This document shows positions 9,878-19,864 of a stretch of DNA of 64,000 bases, one piece after another; positions within the stretch are counted from its first letter, which is position 1; the number at the start of each line of letters is the position of its first letter. Below the pieces are notes generated by a model. The model saw only the letters and a program-made list of their open reading frames with translations. It was not told the DNA's origin and made no database searches. Both the position numbers and the translations under genes were made by a program. The DNA is from Spirochaetia bacterium (GTDB lineage: Bacteria; Spirochaetota; Spirochaetia; CADAEX01). The DNA is taken from the NCBI GenBank assembly GCA_963662265.2, contig CAXXHA010000008.1:32001-96000 (forward strand). The letters are read 5' to 3'.

Positions 9878-10014
9878 TATTTTTCCTTATTTAAATTTTT
9901 TCTCTATCTTACATAATTATTGCTATTCAATATTTATTCATTTTTTATCAAAATTTAAGTAATTTTTTATGCAAAAATATTCTTTTGAGTTACAATAATA
10001 ACTATGATGCCGTT

Positions 10015-10119
10015 TAACGCCAAGTTGAGCAGCTTCGCAGTATCAAAAACCCATACTTCTTTGCTGTTAAAATAATCCTGAAAGTCAAAAGTCGCGAAGT
10101 CTGTTCCAACTTATTGTTA
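10015..10119 (-). repeat. attC, intermediate type
   Basis: CTTCGC/GCGAAG inner stem with a large loop. Confidence 0.88.
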
Positions 10120-10134
10120 AAAACTAAATTCTTA

Positions 10135-11346
10135 TTAATACAGAAATCCAAATAAATACAACGGTATTTCATTTTTATTTCCATACAATATATCATCTTT
10201 AACAAGGTAAGCGTTTTCTTTTATTCCTTTCAGCTGTTTCCAATCTTTATTCTTCCCACCAATTTCAAAGATATTTCCTTCAACTTCAAAATCGCCAGTT
10301 TTGCTATAAAATATTTTATTCCCGGAATTTTTAATCATCTTTATAAAAAATATTTCTCTTATTGTTCCTATCTTTGATTCAAATCCTATTTCTTCAATAA
10401 TTGCGTTATATAAATCTGGATTATCCAAATACATTTTTTCTGTATGTCTTAATAAATTGCTTCCTGATTTATTTTCTGATAATAATTCAATCAATCCTGT
10501 TTCATTCAAAATATTTAAATAATTCTGTATTGTTTTATTATCTAATCCTATATTCTTTGAAATGCTGTTTCTATTTAATTCTCCAGGAGGAATTGTAGCC
10601 AGATAAGATATTACTTTTTTGAAATATGCTAAATTTTCTGTTTTTAGTTTATAGAAATTGGAAATATCTTCATAAACTGTTTTTTCAATTATTCTTAATA
10701 TTTTCTGATGATATGTATTTTCATCTTCCATAAAAAAAGGATAGTATCCTTTTCCAATATAATCCTTAAAGTATCCTTTAATTTTTTTTATTCCTGAAAC
10801 CTTTTCTTCAAAATCTGATCGGTTATTTATTAATTCCTTGAGTGAAATTGTTTCTATATCAACAATATCATTGAATAAAAGATATTCTCTGAATGACATT
10901 CCATTAATTCTATACAAAACTCCCCTTCTGGATAAATCATATGTTCCTTTTATAAGATCTATACTTGAGCTGCCGGAAAATACTAGTTTTATATCAGGGT
11001 ATGAATCATATATATTTTTAAGTTCCTGATTCCAGTTTGGGTATTTATGTATTTCGTCAAAGAAAAAATATCTTATTCCATAATCTTCATATAATTCATT
11101 TACAAAATCTATTAATAGATTTTTGGAAAAATATATATTATCTATCGATGCATATATGCATTCATCCTTATCTTCTATTTTTTCCTTGATGTATTGAAGT
11201 AATAATGTGGTTTTTCCTGTTCCTCGCGGACCAATTAATCCAGTTAAACGGTTATTTGTATTAAAATCATCGTAAATATATCTATGATGCTTATATTTTG
11301 TACTTTGGAGAAGGCGTTTATAGGTTGTAATAAAATTATTTATCAC
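10135..11346 (-). CDS. AAA+ ATPase (AAA_14 type)
   Basis: GPRGTGKTT, FFDEIHKY, SGSSS, DLSRR, FEIGGKNK. Confidence 0.88.
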   Translation of the reverse strand: MINNFITTYKRLLQSTKYKHHRYIYDDFNTNNRLTGLIGPRGTGKTTLLLQYIKEKIEDKDECIYASIDNIYFSKNLLIDFVNELYEDYGIRYFFFDEIHKYPNWNQELKNIYDSYPDIKLVFSGSSSIDLIKGTYDLSRRGVLYRINGMSFREYLLFNDIVDIETISLKELINNRSDFEEKVSGIKKIKGYFKDYIGKGYYPFFMEDENTYHQKILRIIEKTVYEDISNFYKLKTENLAYFKKVISYLATIPPGELNRNSISKNIGLDNKTIQNYLNILNETGLIELLSENKSGSNLLRHTEKMYLDNPDLYNAIIEEIGFESKIGTIREIFFIKMIKNSGNKIFYSKTGDFEVEGNIFEIGGKNKDWKQLKGIKENAYLVKDDILYGNKNEIPLYLFGFLY

Positions 11347-11417
11347 TTGATCATACTCCTATATTATTTTCTTATAATTAGAGTATACTCTTATTTTTAT
11401 ATTTTTAAAAGTGTTTT

Positions 11418-11510
11418 TAACGCCCAGTTGAGCTGTTTGGCGTCAAATGGCGCGTATTCTTGCGTATGCAAGAATTGTGACATAGCCAAATCTGCTCCAA
11501 CTTTTTGTTA
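11418..11510 (-). repeat. attC
   Basis: Conserved arms. Confidence 0.92.
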
Positions 11511-11515
11511 TGTGT

Positions 11516-12679
11516 TTAATACTTATTATTATATTCTTCAACATATTTTTCTAAAAAATCTACCATATCTATTAATTCTTTAATTTCATATTCTTTAATT
11601 AACTCTATTGCTTTTTCCATATTTTCAAACTCTGACTTATCAAAAAAATTAATTCTACTTTCTTTATTTATAAATCCAGAATTTAGAATGTAATTAAATT
11701 TTTCTTTATACTCATTATTTAATTCTTCAATTTGATTTTCAGTCAATACATCTGAAAAATATGTTGATATCAATGTTAATAAATGAATAGCTTGTAGAAC
11801 AACTCTTAAAAGACTATTTGGATGTGATAATGTTCCATCATATCTAATTTCGCCATTATTGTTTTGGGCACTTGATATTCCTAGTAATAAACTATATGTC
11901 TTTATTGAATTTAGACATATTATTGAATTAGATTTAATTGTTTCTGAATAAGATTTTAAACCTCTGTATTCTCTATATTCTTTAGTATCAGGAGTATTTT
12001 TAATCATTGAACTATAAATCCATGTTACTGCAACCAAATCTGCAATTATTTCTAATGCACAAGATTTTGCAGGATTAGTAAGATTTTTTATATTACTAAT
12101 CGTATATACATGTGCAATTTCATGATAAGCTAAATGCATTGACATTAAATCGTAATCATTACCATATTCATTCATATCAAATACATCATGATGAAAATAA
12201 TTATAACTTGTTCTTATAGCATGTGCTAATCCTTTGTCGTTATATTCCTTAACAGCTAAATTAGCGCCATTAATAAAATATTTTATTTTTTCATATAATT
12301 GATTATCATTTAAATGTTTGACATAATTATTCTTTTTAAAGAAATAATTACCTACATATGATGTATATAAATATAAGAGTGTTGGTAACATTTCAGGTAT
12401 AATTATATCATAAGATTTTGGGCAACCATCATTATCATGATTAATTTTTATACAAGCATTTATAGCCCATGGGCTCATATTACATTTGTAACGATTATAA
12501 ATAACATTTAATTTTTCAGGTAATTCCTTGCTGTTTAAAACTTCTATACCAATTCTTAATATATTATATGACAATCTTTCAAAAGGAAAGATTTCATCTT
12601 TTTCTAAAGAAAACACAGAAGCAGGGATTTCAATTTTTGATATGTAATCTGATTCTATTGGTTTTCTTCTATTACACAT
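11516..12679 (-). CDS. HEXXH zinc metallopeptidase, Lit/peptidase U49-like
   Basis: YHEIAH, downstream EIIAD and SHP..R motifs. Confidence 0.55.
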   Translation of the reverse strand: MCNRRKPIESDYISKIEIPASVFSLEKDEIFPFERLSYNILRIGIEVLNSKELPEKLNVIYNRYKCNMSPWAINACIKINHDNDGCPKSYDIIIPEMLPTLLYLYTSYVGNYFFKKNNYVKHLNDNQLYEKIKYFINGANLAVKEYNDKGLAHAIRTSYNYFHHDVFDMNEYGNDYDLMSMHLAYHEIAHVYTISNIKNLTNPAKSCALEIIADLVAVTWIYSSMIKNTPDTKEYREYRGLKSYSETIKSNSIICLNSIKTYSLLLGISSAQNNNGEIRYDGTLSHPNSLLRVVLQAIHLLTLISTYFSDVLTENQIEELNNEYKEKFNYILNSGFINKESRINFFDKSEFENMEKAIELIKEYEIKELIDMVDFLEKYVEEYNNKY

Positions 12680-12737
12680 ATTTATTTTCCTATTATTTTA
12701 TTATTTCAACACACATTAAATAATTTTTATTAACACA

Positions 12738-12922
12738 TAACGCCAAGTTGAGCTGCACCGGTATGCCTGAGCGAAGCGAAGGATTGGCATGTGTTTTTGC
12801 TTAATTTCTCTGCTTTAAAAACAGATCTGGAAGTAGTAAATAATTGCTGCAATTTTCGATAATTCTACTTTTTTTCCTGCAAAAAACATGACAAAACCGG
12901 GGTCTGCTCCAACTTTTTGTTA
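12738..12922 (-). repeat. attC, long type
   Basis: Same as 29749 and 39527 copies. Confidence 0.9.
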
Positions 12923-13276
12923 TATTCTAAATTCTCTTTTGTTTTTTTAACAACGCCAAAATAGTTCAAGTATCCAGACTTTCACAATTATATCATAAAC
13001 CTTTACGTGTTTCACTTTCAGAAACAAAAGGCCATTATTTTCTTCCTGCGCGGGCTCAGCGTGGGGAGTTGGCCCCATTTCCACGAATCGCGTGGGCAAT
13101 TATCGCCAAACTTCACCACCCTCTATCCCTGCCAGGGTCGTGGAAATGTCTACCCTAGATTGGACTGTCAGGGATCGCCAGGTAGCCAGGACACCAATAA
13201 TCCGGTCTGAACCAATTCCATCCAACTTTTCCCAAATTCAGCTACGTTTTACAGCTCCTCAAATTTTGGTGGAATA
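12923..13276. other. Gene-less cassette body, family B
   Basis: No credible ORF; apparently identical copies at 29934 and 39712; stems such as CATTTCCACGA/TCGTGGAAATG. Confidence 0.88.
12987..13015 (-). promoter_or_regulatory. Extended -10 promoter in family B cassette
   Basis: Minus strand GTGAAA-N17-TATAAT with TG at the extended position (TGATATAAT); TGATATAAT conserved in all five B copies. Confidence 0.65.
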
Positions 13277-13464
13277 TAACGCCAAGTTGAGCTGCTCCGG
13301 CGGTGCCTGAGCGAAGCGAAGGATTGGCATGTGTTTTTGCATTTATACTTTGCTGTTAGAAAAATATGTAAAATAAGTGTTTTTTAGCTGCATATTTTTA
13401 ATAATTCTACTTTTTTTCCTGCAAAAACCATGTCAAAGCCGGGGTCTGCTCCAACTTATTGTTA
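13277..13464 (-). repeat. attC, long type
   Basis: Same as 38937 copy. Confidence 0.9.
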
Positions 13465-13866
13465 CATTCTAAATCCTCGTAAGATCAATTAGCAAGTTCT
13501 TTTTATCCATTTTTTAACCCAAATATATCCTGCAGATCTTAATTATTTTGCATTTTTTATGCAGGGAGTATACCAAAACATAATCCTTGGATAACCGTCA
13601 CAATATTTTTTCGGCTCGCTCTTTTTCGGCTGAAAAGCGCTTAGCTGTTTTTTCATTAAACAGTTATATCTTTTATTTTCGATTGTAAAAGGCTGTCCAC
13701 ACAAAACTATACTCTAACCTCTTTTTGAATCTGGATTGAATCAAAACAAAATCGCTTTTCTGCCGAGAGGGTCTCAAGATGATGCATACAATCCTAAAAA
13801 TATCTTTTTTATCACTTCTACCACAATATCGCCAGTTTTTACTGTTTCCAATAACTTTTGTGTATG
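13465..13866. other. Gene-less cassette body, family A
   Basis: No credible ORF; copy at 39125-39526. Confidence 0.87.
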
Positions 13867-13971
13867 TAACGCCAAGTTGAGCTGCTTCGCAGTACCAAAA
13901 AGACATACTTCTTTGCAGCTGAAATAATCCTGAAAGTAAAAAGTCGCGAAGTCTGCTCCAACTTATTGTTA
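13867..13971 (-). repeat. attC, intermediate type
   Basis: CTTCGC/GCGAAG inner stem. Confidence 0.88.
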
Positions 13972-14332
13972 TATTCGAAATTCTTTTTCAGTTTTCAAAA
14001 CAACACCAAAATAGATCAAGGATCAGGATTCTTCCAATTATATCATAATCCTATACGCGGTTCACTTACCGAAACAAATGGCCAGTTTTTTTCTTCCGGG
14101 TGGGCGAATGCAGGGCCGAGTTGGCCATTCCATTTCCACAAATCGCGCAGGCATTTATCGCCCAACTTCACAACCCTCTATCCCTGCCAGGCCTTGTGGA
14201 TATGTCTACCCAAGCTTGGACTGTCAGGGATCGCCAGGCAGCCAGGACACCAATATTCCGGTTTGAACCAACTTTATCCACTTTTTCCAGAATTCAGCTA
14301 CGTTTTACAGCTCCCCAAATTTTGGTGGAATA
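13972..14332. other. Gene-less cassette body, family B (allele 2)
   Basis: Diverged homolog of 12923-13276. Confidence 0.87.
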
Positions 14333-14432
14333 TAACGCCCAGTTGAGCTGTTTGACTGTCCCGCAGGGTTGGCACGTGTTCTTGCTCTGCAAGAACCGTG
14401 ACAAAAGTCAAATCTGCTCCAACTTTTTGTTA
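14333..14432 (-). repeat. attC
   Basis: Conserved arms. Confidence 0.92.
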
Positions 14433-14436
14433 TGTT

Positions 14437-15244
14437 CTAAAATTCTATACCCAATTGTATTATTTCATCAATTAATTCTATTTTCTTAATGTCAGTTTCT
14501 GTATTTTCCAGGAGACTAATACCTATTATTTTCTTTTGATTTTTTACTTCTTTGATTATTTCTATAACTTCTTCTATTTTCAAACCATTTTTACTCGGAC
14601 ATTTTACATTTTTATATATTGCTGGATCTAAAACATCTAAATCTATATGTATATAAACATATTCATTTTTATTATTTAATAATTCTGAAATATTTAAATT
14701 ATTTTTAATTTTTATATTTTCTTTAATAATGAATTCTTCTTCCGGTTTATCTAAATCTCTCGTACCTATTAATACAACGTCTTGCGGATTAATCTTATTG
14801 AATTTATATGAAATATCATTATTTGGTATTTCTTCGAGTAAAAATCTCAAAGACATACCATGAATATTTTTACTTGGAGAACTTTCAGGCGTATTTAAAT
14901 CTCCATGTGCATCAAACCATAATACATCTAACGTTTTATATTTATCTGAAAAATATGATACTATTGGGATTTCAATTCCACATCCCCCACCAACAGTAAG
15001 AATTTTATCTGGTTTTTCTTCATGTAATTTTTGAGATATTTTATTTAATTGGTTTTTTAATTGTTCTATAACCAAGAATATTTTTTTCTTTCAATAATTC
15101 AATATTCTGAGATATTTCAATTCTTTCAAAAACAACATTTGAATTTTCAATATATTCTTTTAAGGCACAAGCTCCACCATATAATTCTTTTAAAGCTCCT
15201 GAGACTTGCCATTGTGGAACAAATAGATTTAATTTTTTATTCAT
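14437..15244 (-). pseudogene. Arginase-family protein, frameshifted near 15070 (or assembly indel)
   Basis: N-term PQWQ in one frame; GGGC, WFDAHGDLNTP, HGM and HIDLDVLDP in the next. Confidence 0.75.
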
Positions 15245-15245
15245 A

Positions 15246-15593
15246 CTATCCCCAAAAACATCCATACTTATCTTCATCAATAATACTTAAAAAATCAGAT
15301 AGATCATCTACTTCTGGATTTGGTTCATATCCATGCCATTTCAAGTCAGATCGCATCCAAAATATTTTCCATATATCTTGAGTTCTTACATATGTTGCTT
15401 TTGCAATTTCAATATTTAGAATATTTTTTGGATTATCATATTGTGGTCTGATTTCATATATTTCTACACTCTGATTAGTTATTTTGTATGAAATATCTAA
15501 TTCCTTTCGAATGTTTTCTAGAGGTCTAATTTTTTCAATAAATTTATCTAATATTTGCTGATATTTTCTTAATTCGAACTCATTAAACGCCAT
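15246..15593 (-). CDS. DUF3024-like protein
   Basis: RP..IR.ELD..Y, IAKATY..WKIFWMRSDLKWHGY, D.YGCFWG. Confidence 0.8.
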   Translation of the reverse strand: MAFNEFELRKYQQILDKFIEKIRPLENIRKELDISYKITNQSVEIYEIRPQYDNPKNILNIEIAKATYVRTQDIWKIFWMRSDLKWHGYEPNPEVDDLSDFLSIIDEDKYGCFWG

Positions 15594-15679
15594 ATTTTCC
15601 TCTTAAATTCTCTATATTTTAATATGTATTTATTGATATTTCAATTTTTTTAACCATGCAATCCTACTCTAGTGGAACA

Positions 15680-15866
15680 TAACACCAAGTTGAGCTGCTC
15701 CGGTGTGCCTGAGCGAAGCGAAGGATTGGCATGTGTTTTTGCATTCTTTTCTTTGCTTTAAAGTAAAAACTGTAAGTTTCAAGTAACTGCTGTAATTCTT
15801 TTTTATTTCTACTTTTTTCCTGCAAAAAACCATGACAAAACCGGGGTCTGCTCCAACTTTTTGTTA
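15680..15866 (-). repeat. attC, long type
   Basis: Conserved arms with an AT-rich insert. Confidence 0.9.
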
Positions 15867-16300
15867 TATTCTAAATCCTCGCAATGTCAAATAGCAAGTT
15901 CTTTTTCCCCATTTTCCAACCCGAAGATATCATACAGATCTTCAATATTTCTATTCAAAACTGCCAGGCGATCATTTCGGCAGGGCTCACCGCCCAGACT
16001 TTTGCACCCCAATCGTTCGGCGATCCTCGGTAATGATCAAGCCCGTAAATTCCTACCCTATATTGGATGGCATCGGCGCTGGCCATTTCGCCAAAAAGAA
16101 GATCAATAATCCAATTGCTTTTCATAAATGAAGCAATAAGTGCGAAATGCCCCCGCCCAAAATTTCTTTCCCTAAATTGGCAGGCTCTGGAGGATGGCGG
16201 GCCTCAAAATGCTGCAAGCCATTTCCCAAAAATCCTTAATTTTTTAAGCGTTTACCAGTTTATTGGCAGTTTTTAAGGTTTCCGCTAACTTGTGTGAATA
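15867..16300. other. Gene-less cassette body, family C
   Basis: Homologous to 37684 and 45044; multiple stems. Confidence 0.87.
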
Positions 16301-16364
16301 TAACATCCATTTGAGTTGCGCCATCGCAGCAAAGCGAGAAGGCGTCAACTCCAAATGTTTGTTA
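16301..16364 (-). repeat. attC, short type
   Basis: TTGAGTTGCGCC/GGCGTCAACTCCAA arms. Confidence 0.9.
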
Positions 16365-18053
16365 TCTATATTTTTCTAAACATTTTTTTACAAATTCTTT
16401 CGATTTTGATATTTCATTATCATTTAAATCATATTTTAATGAATCAATTTTTTTTGTTACATTTTTTATATTTTCAATTATCTTTTTTTCATCTTTCAAA
16501 ATATCATATATTTTTTGACAATACTTTGTGGATTTTTTTGATTCAAATGAAGGACATTTTGAATTATCAATTTCATGCCTTACCATCGTTAATAAATGAT
16601 ATTTTATTTTTTTATATTTTTTATCTATTCTTTTATTTTTAAATAATGATTCAATTTTAAATATTGAATACGAAGCAACATAATAAGGAAACATTTCGTG
16701 ATTATCTATAAATAATTTATCTCCGAATTCTGAAAAAAGAGTACCGAAATATCTTGTTGCCATATCCGGCTTATCATAATATAGACTTGCAATTGCTTTG
16801 ATTTGAGTAGTTTTATCAATAATTCTTTTTCTCTCAACACCTTTGTTATTATACTGTTTTGAACGTCTTTCATAATATAAACGTTCTTCACCTGAAAAAG
16901 TAGTATAATAATCTTCTAACCTTTTTTGAAAATTCGAGAAAGCAATAAGATCTTGCTCTTTTACTTCTGTTTGTCTATTTGTTGATCTGATAACTCTTGA
17001 TGTAACTTCTTCATTCCCACTAATAATAAGCTTGATAGGTACTTTTACACTTGTATTTATGAGTTCTTTATTTTCAAAAAGTACATGTGATGTCTGGCAG
17101 CCATTAATAATTTGGTAGTTTGTAATTGTAAAAGTATCTCTAGTCGTCCGTAGATCTTCAGCAACAATTGTTATTCCATTATTCAAAATAGCAAAAGAAT
17201 CTTTATTACTTGAATTTATAGTTTCAGCTATTTCGCCATTAACTTTATTTACACCTTGAAAATCTCTTACATTATCATAAAAAACATTGGATAAAAGAGA
17301 TCCATCTTCATCTGTCATTATTTTTATAATTGATGAAGCATCAAGCACACCTATATATGCCTCTTTAACATTTTGTATTTCTGGTAAAGTAACTCTTCGT
17401 GTAAAATCAAAAGACTTTTCAACTGCTTGTCCAATTTTTTTATAACGATGTTGTAAATCAGCGGCATCAATTAAATCAAAATTTATTTTAGAAAAAATAT
17501 TTTCATCTGCTATATTTTTTTTAACACCTTCTTTAACTGCTAAAACATTTTGATCATTTTCATCATTACCCAAAGTTATATAATATAAACTACAAACAGG
17601 ATTTTCTTTTAATTCTGATATTCTATTAACAAAACAATTAAATAATTCAATTTTTTCTAGAGCAAGATCTGACCATTTCAATGTTTGTTTTTCAGCAATA
17701 AAATCATTTACAGCAAAACCAAAATTCCCAATTTCTTTTGAATCGAACTTAGCAGATGTTTTGGATTGAACAAATACTATTTCAGCAGAACATTTTTTAT
17801 GCTGCTCCAAAAAATCCTCGAGTTCATCCTTTGAATCAATTAATTGTTTATTTAATAATAATGCAAAACCATCTATACCAATAGTACCATTAGTTCCAAT
17901 ATTAATTCTTTCGATATCAAAACGATATTCTGTTTTTGTTTCAATCACTGTATAATTTGAAAAATGTTCAAATAATAAAGATTCATCATCAATAGTTTCG
18001 AATCCAAAGCTTTTTTTAAAATCAGTTACAAAACTTTTAGTTACCCTATCCAT
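16362..18053 (-). CDS. AIPR family (abortive infection phage resistance) protein
   Basis: FYDNVRDFQG, FAILNNGITIV, QIINGCQTS, TNRQT, YYERR. Confidence 0.9.
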   Translation of the reverse strand: MDRVTKSFVTDFKKSFGFETIDDESLLFEHFSNYTVIETKTEYRFDIERINIGTNGTIGIDGFALLLNKQLIDSKDELEDFLEQHKKCSAEIVFVQSKTSAKFDSKEIGNFGFAVNDFIAEKQTLKWSDLALEKIELFNCFVNRISELKENPVCSLYYITLGNDENDQNVLAVKEGVKKNIADENIFSKINFDLIDAADLQHRYKKIGQAVEKSFDFTRRVTLPEIQNVKEAYIGVLDASSIIKIMTDEDGSLLSNVFYDNVRDFQGVNKVNGEIAETINSSNKDSFAILNNGITIVAEDLRTTRDTFTITNYQIINGCQTSHVLFENKELINTSVKVPIKLIISGNEEVTSRVIRSTNRQTEVKEQDLIAFSNFQKRLEDYYTTFSGEERLYYERRSKQYNNKGVERKRIIDKTTQIKAIASLYYDKPDMATRYFGTLFSEFGDKLFIDNHEMFPYYVASYSIFKIESLFKNKRIDKKYKKIKYHLLTMVRHEIDNSKCPSFESKKSTKYCQKIYDILKDEKKIIENIKNVTKKIDSLKYDLNDNEISKSKEFVKKCLEKYR

Positions 18054-18159
18054 TTTTTCTCCATAATTCTTAATTATTTAATGATTATTTTATAGTAAAT
18101 GCTTTTAAAAATCATTATAAATATATAATTTTTATTACTCTCTCCCCCAAGGGGGTAGA

Positions 18160-18259
18160 TAACACCCAGTTGAGCTGTTTGACTGTCCCGTAGGGTTGGC
18201 ACGTGTTCTTGCGCTGCAAGAACCGTGACAAAAGTCAAATCTGCTCCAACTTATTGTTA
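18160..18259 (-). repeat. attC
   Basis: Conserved arms. Confidence 0.92.
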
Positions 18260-18276
18260 CACGTAGAATTTTTTAT

Positions 18277-18549
18277 TTAATATACTTCGTCATGTTTTCC
18301 AATATTTATTGGAATTATTTCATTATCCTGAATTATAAAATCTATAGTAATTCTATATGTCATATTTATTGAAACACTGTAATAATCAGATAATCTTCCT
18401 TCTAATTTATGAAGTCTTAATGATGGATGGGATGGATTTAATTCCATTAGCTGAAGTGTCTTTTTATACTGTTTAAGTAAATCTGGATGTTTCTTAGCAA
18501 ATTTCACTGCCCTTTTTACATAACTCTCAGTGAAGATAATCTTATACAC
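18277..18549 (-). CDS. RelE/ParE-superfamily toxin
   Basis: NP.HPSLRLHKL.G..YSVSIN..YRI..IGKHDEVY; overlaps the antitoxin end. Confidence 0.85.
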   Translation of the reverse strand: MYKIIFTESYVKRAVKFAKKHPDLLKQYKKTLQLMELNPSHPSLRLHKLEGRLSDYYSVSINMTYRITIDFIIQDNEIIPINIGKHDEVY

Positions 18550-18802
18550 CGGATATTCTCTTCATGTGATCATCTATTGATTCATCATATACTTTTCCAG
18601 CTTTTATATCATTTAAGGATTCATTTATTGCTGCTTCTAATTCATATTCCCTTAGATGATTGTATTCCTCAATTGATAAAACAACAAATTTATTCTTACC
18701 ACGAACTGTAATAATTGCTTCACTATCTTGATTTGTTATTTCTTCTATAACTGAAACACCTTTGGTTTTTAATTCATTTGCGGTGATTATATTATTCATC
18801 AC
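18542..18802 (-). CDS. Phd/YefM antitoxin
   Basis: ITANELKTKG..IITVRGK..VVLSIEEY; palindrome TACTATTAATAGTA upstream (18823-18836). Confidence 0.85.
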   Translation of the reverse strand: MMNNIITANELKTKGVSVIEEITNQDSEAIITVRGKNKFVVLSIEEYNHLREYELEAAINESLNDIKAGKVYDESIDDHMKRISGV

Positions 18803-19123
18803 ATTTACCTCTCTATTAATAATACTATTAATAGTACGTTAAAACAACTTTTTAAATACTCATTTTAAGTATATTTTCTGGTATTTCTATCGTCGAAGAC
18901 GATTTTCCTTATATTTTTTTCCCTAATTTGTTCTACCACTGGGGTTTTTAAGTGTTCAATTTATTTGTTTAATTTCTTCATTTTAACTAAAATTATTAGT
19001 TTTTTCTAAAATCCGCCTGAAAGGCCGTGTAACGCCCAGTTGAGCTGTTTGACTGCCCCGTGGAAATGGCAAGTCATTTTCCCCACATTTAGGAAATTAA
19101 AAATCCCCCACCTGCAGAAAAAA

Positions 19124-19864
19124 TTATACCCCCTTTTTCTCCTGAATTCTATATGAATCTCCCTCAAGGGAGAAAACATGCGCATGATGTAAAAGCCTAT
19201 CAAGCATTGCTGTTGTCATGATTTCATCACCCATCATTTCAGACCACTGATCAAAACCTTTATTTGAAGTAATTATTACTGACGATCTTTCATAGAGTTC
19301 GCTGATAAGATTAAAAAAAAGATTGGCCTCTTTTCTGTCGATAGGCGTATAGCCTATTTCATCAATAATTAGTAACGAAGATCTGAGAATCCTGTTTATT
19401 CTGAATGAACTTGATCTCATAGTTTCCATTGTTTTCAACAGTTTTATTAGTGAAGTTATCCTTTCAAAACAGACAGTGTATCCGGCTTCAATTGCCTTGT
19501 ACCCGAGAGCAATTGATAGATGTGTTTTCCCAAGGCCGGGAGGTCCAAAGAACATGATATTTTCAGATTTATCTATCCACCTGAAATCCTTGAGATTATT
19601 TAACTGTTCTTCAGTTATCCCTTTTATTCTTGAAAAATTGAATGTCTCAAGTTCCTTAATTACAGGAAAATGGGCACCTGTAAGATTTCTATGAAGACGT
19701 CTTTCATTTCTGAAATGTACTTCTTCTGTAAGAAGGATGCTTAAAAAATCAAGATGAGATATTTTCTCCTTTGTTGCTTTTTCAAGTGCCTCATCAAGAT
19801 TAACAGATATTCCTTTAAGCTTTAGACTATCAAGTATTCCTGTACAGTAATCAAAACAGCTCAT
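19124..19864 (-). CDS. istB: IS21 helper ATPase IstB
   Basis: GPPGLGKTHL, LIIDEIGY, ITSN, AMLDRLLHH, GDSYR. Confidence 0.95.
   Translation of the reverse strand: MSCFDYCTGILDSLKLKGISVNLDEALEKATKEKISHLDFLSILLTEEVHFRNERRLHRNLTGAHFPVIKELETFNFSRIKGITEEQLNNLKDFRWIDKSENIMFFGPPGLGKTHLSIALGYKAIEAGYTVCFERITSLIKLLKTMETMRSSSFRINRILRSSLLIIDEIGYTPIDRKEANLFFNLISELYERSSVIITSNKGFDQWSEMMGDEIMTTAMLDRLLHHAHVFSLEGDSYRIQEKKGV

Noticed and set aside
13075-13148. Family B stem arms resemble the IS21 termini (CCATTTCCA / TGGAAATG)
   Set aside because: Only 8-9 bp, orientation is opposite to an IS, no subterminal IS21 repeats or target duplication; treated as coincidence
12923-13276. Known riboswitch or ribozyme within gene-less cassettes
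   Set aside because: No hammerhead, c-di-GMP or group II intron domain V consensus recognised by eye; an Rfam scan is still needed
13673-13927. ORFs in families A and D (also 27716-28012, 39333-39641, 40396-40812)
   Set aside because: They cross cassette boundaries, lack an RBS and are not conserved in the diverged A allele
13007-14489. Small + strand ORFs in family B (e.g. MST..WTVRDRQ..ILVEYNA)
   Set aside because: No RBS, upstream frames differ between alleles, differences are largely non-synonymous, and stop codons fall in whichever attC happens to be adjacent
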